This document shows positions 60,912 through 64,000 of a DNA stretch of 64,000 nucleotides, one piece after another. Below the pieces are notes generated by a model, which was given only the letters and a program-made list of their open reading frames with translations, was not told the origin of the DNA and searched no databases. The DNA is from Oikopleura dioica (taxonomy: Eukaryota; Animalia; Chordata), in assembly GCA_907165135.1 (NCBI GenBank), contig OU015568.1:5270001-5334000 (forward strand), in the 5' to 3' direction. The translations under genes and the position numbers were made by a program. Positions within the stretch are counted from its first letter, which is position 1, and each line of letters begins with the position of its first letter.

Positions 60912-62180
60912 TCAACCTGCTCTGCTTATTGTTTTTCCAAGAAGTTCATCTGCCCGTGAGTTCTTTCTTATCATTCCAATTGGATACGCTCGGGACTGTT
61001 TTCTTAAAAATCTTTCGTCTAATTCACCCTCTTCTTCTTTTTCTGAATTTTCATATTCTTGATTCTCTTTGTGTTGTTCTTTGCTTTCAAGAAGCGAAAT
61101 ATCAAAAAGCATTTTTTGGGAATTTTTAGTTTTTCGAGGAAAAGAAGCTCTTGTTATTTTTGGAGATGAGTTTGAAGTCGGTTTTAATTTTGTTGTCAAC
61201 AATGACGATCTTGTCGTTGTCGTTGGTGTTTTTGTTGATGTTGTCGTTGATGTTGTCGTTGATGTTGTCGTTGATGATGCTGATGTCGTCGGTGAAGATG
61301 TTGTCGACATTGATGATGTTGATGATGCCGTTGATGTTTTTGGTTTTGGTGTTCCTGTTATTGTGAACGCGGTCGATTTCGGTATTGCTGACCTTCTCAA
61401 ACTAAAGATTATCCGAGAAGGTCGCAAACTTTCCTCTTTCCATTTACAACCGGAGAAAACATTGAAAGTGCCTAGATTCGTGTGACAGTTACAAGTTCTT
61501 TCAAAGGCTTCAATATTCATGCTTCCGTTTACACTTTTACTACGGTAGAAAATCAGATTGAAGCCCATTTCTTTGATATTCCTGTGTCGCCGAGGTTAAA
61601 AAATTTTGGGCAAAAACTGTGCAGCTTGAAAATTCAGAAGTGCCATTTGGACAATTCCATTCTCCACAAATTCGAGAAGAATCCCCATCTCTGCAGTAAA
61701 ACGTCGCTTCTTCCGGGCAATGAGTTCGGGATTCCACGTAGAGATAGATTTTCTCGTCGGCCTTTTTCCCCTCCGATTCACGTTCCGGACTCGGCCCTTA
61801 TCATAAAGTTATTGAGAGGTGCCGTCATAATGTTATAAATTAATTCCTCATTAAAATTGGTCGTGACCAGTGGATAGAAAGATTTTTTTTCCGCTGAACC
61901 TGAAAAATATCCGCACGGAAAAAAACGGTTTTCTTCCTTGATTTCAAATTAAAAATATATCATATTTGTCACATTTTATTCAAGAAAGAAATATACAGAA
62001 AAAATTTTTTGTATTTACAAATTCACTCTTCGTAAGATCTATTTTTTCGTCGGGTTTACGTCGAGTTGACAGAGTTATTTTCGGTTCTTCGTTTTTCATC
62101 AAATCGTAGAGCCTTTGAGATTGCACAATTATCATTTTGCATAGTCGGTTTCTTTGGTTTATATTCATTATAAATAGCAA
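60912..62180 (-). CDS. Mucin-like protein: a Cys-containing module followed by a Ser/Thr-rich tract; 5' exons uncertain
   Basis: HCPEEATFYCRDGDSSRICGEWNCP, CNC...GC, then a (STTT)n tract in a 218-codon ORF. Confidence 0.5.
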
Positions 62181-62419
62181 TTTTTCGGTAGAAAAAAATT
62201 ATTCATAAATTACAAAAAGGGTAAAAATAGAGGGATTGAGGGTAAAAAATTAAATTTATCTACAATCGGGTTTGTCAGCGTTTTAAACTCAAATTTAAAA
62301 TTAATTTTGAGTTTTTGGCAAAAGAGATTTTCATAAACAAGCTAAAAAAAAGTATAAAAATTACAGCTTCTGGCGCCTGGAAAATATAAATAAAATCGAA
62401 ATGGTTCGTTAATTCCATT

Positions 62420-63482
62420 TTAGGCAAGGTTTGATAGTGGCGCGATGTGGAATCGAGAGGGAGCGGCTGTTCGGCGCTTCCTTTTCCTGGTTGGGTTGGC
62501 GCAAGTGACCAGGGAGGGACACTCGGCGGCTTCGCATACTTTGTATCGGCACTGGAGATTGATCTAAAAAATGGAGTAGATAGGAGGCCAGCATAATCAG
62601 GGTCAAATCAAACCTGGGCTCCAGAAAGCTCGCCATGGAATCTGAAACTTTCAAAAAGAAATCGGACTTCGTTGTTTGGCCCTCTCGCAAGAATCTGAAC
62701 CGTCTCGTCCAGCAAGCAACCAGCCTCAATCATCGGCCAAATCGCCTGACCAGAGGGAGATGCAAGGTCGACGATTTCGCCAGGACTGGCAACGCAATCG
62801 GTCACTTGGAGTTTCTGACCAGAGCTGACAAGGGTGGCGTTTGATTGGACGAACACGTCGACGCCGGTATCCATGACTTTCCCGTCCCAAGTTTCGGTGA
62901 AGTCGGAATTGGAGAAGATTTGAAGATCACCAGTTTGGGTTCCTGTGAAGAAGAATCAAGTTTTCTGTAGATTTTACAAGGATCTTACCAGCAATGTTGA
63001 TAAGTCCTCTAAAAGCAGTGAGCTCTGGGTAGAAGTCTCCGTGGAAAACGAATTCGAACTTGGTCGAAACAACGCATTCCAGTTCAACATCGAATTCAGG
63101 GACCACTGGGAAGACAGGAGCTTCTTGATTGATCCAGGTCAGCATTCTGTTCGTGAATGTGACGGTTCCGAGATCTTCATCGACAACTTGCGTGGTTCCG
63201 CAGTCTCCATATCCGATTATCCATTTGTAATGAGTTCCTAAAAGAGGGTCATCATCTTTGAAGAGACGAAAGGGTCTTACCATTGTTTTCCATAGTCGGA
63301 GCGCAGGAACCACCCTTTCCCGCGTTGAAAATCATGTCTTCCTGCTGAAGCCCTCTCAATGAGCAGATAGGGATATCAAGCTCCATTGAGAACTCGCCGC
63401 AGGCAATGGTCGACGCATAATTTCGTTTATAACAGGGCTCTCGGTTTACTCGCGTTTCGATATCTCCAGCAGACATGCCTAG
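62420..63482 (-). CDS. Zona pellucida (ZP) domain protein; the signal-peptide exon lies upstream and was not located
   Basis: IACGEFSMELDI, DCGT, FTNRM, LECVV, VTDCVASP, IEAGCLLDETV, RFLFESFRF, LQCRYKVCEAAECPSLVTC, then the furin site RKRKRR and a stop with no TM anchor. Confidence 0.85.
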
Positions 63483-64000
63483 AGCAAAAATTACAAATTG
63501 ATCAATTAAAAAAGTGACATCAATGGTTTTCTATCAATCCTGAATCCCGCTAAATCCCCGAATGTCAATTCTGCGGTCCCTTTATCTTATCTTGCCAGTG
63601 CAGCTAGAGGGGGTGTACTTGAAAACTTTCCACTAAAAACGAGATAAAGACACAATTTTCCCTCATTTCTTTGTTTATCGTTGGGATAAAACTTGTTGAC
63701 CGCAACAACAAAGAGGTTCTGTAGAAATAACTTCACTTATTAGACAATAATAAAAAAAAAAGAAAATGTTACGAATAAAATTTTTTGACAAAATCAATTT
63801 CCATTAATGAAGAGACAATTGATTAACGATTGCTCTTAATCAACAAATTATCCTCAACTTTCATCAAAATTGTCCCTTTTTTTCAAAAAATAGTGCTTAG
63901 CAATTTATTTTCGAAATACAAATAAAAATGATTTATGGTCTAAATTATTTACCAAAAAATATTTCTTGGAAATTTTCGACCAATCACAAGGCTAAATTCC

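Noticed and set aside
61069-61485. Val/Asp-rich plus-strand ORFs
   Set aside because: Antisense of the Ser/Thr tract of the mucin-like gene.

Overview
Compact eukaryotic (animal) genomic DNA, AT-rich, with densely packed genes and many ~40-50 nt introns. This organisation is most consistent with the appendicularian tunicate Oikopleura; that assignment is an inference, not a database match. Genes supported by motifs: Pim-type kinase, GST, SDR, GT31 galactosyltransferase, TM-SH3 protein, tandem claudin/PMP22-like protein, Cys-loop ion channel subunit, SLC7 transporter, Gla-domain protein, a very large XK-related-like membrane protein, creatine-kinase-type phosphagen kinase, plectin-repeat protein, mucin-like protein and ZP-domain protein. 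There are also two identical tRNA-Asn(GTT) genes in inverted orientation. Non-autonomous DNA transposons are abundant: eight TTAA-flanked GG...CC elements (five inside what would otherwise be 40-48 nt introns), two hAT-type MITEs with 8-bp TSDs, and several foldbacks. Two satellites are present (47 bp and ~55 bp); neither is a CRISPR array. Several genes carry 1-2 nt slips in homopolymer or dinucleotide runs, so sequence error is likely and frameshifts are not taken as proof of pseudogenes. The most notable observations are duplicated alternative signal-peptide exons in the ion channel gene, the intron-resident TTAA elements (one regenerating a splice acceptor), a satellite apparently born from a MITE terminal repeat, an atypical phosphagen kinase, and a single in-frame TGA in the XK-like gene.
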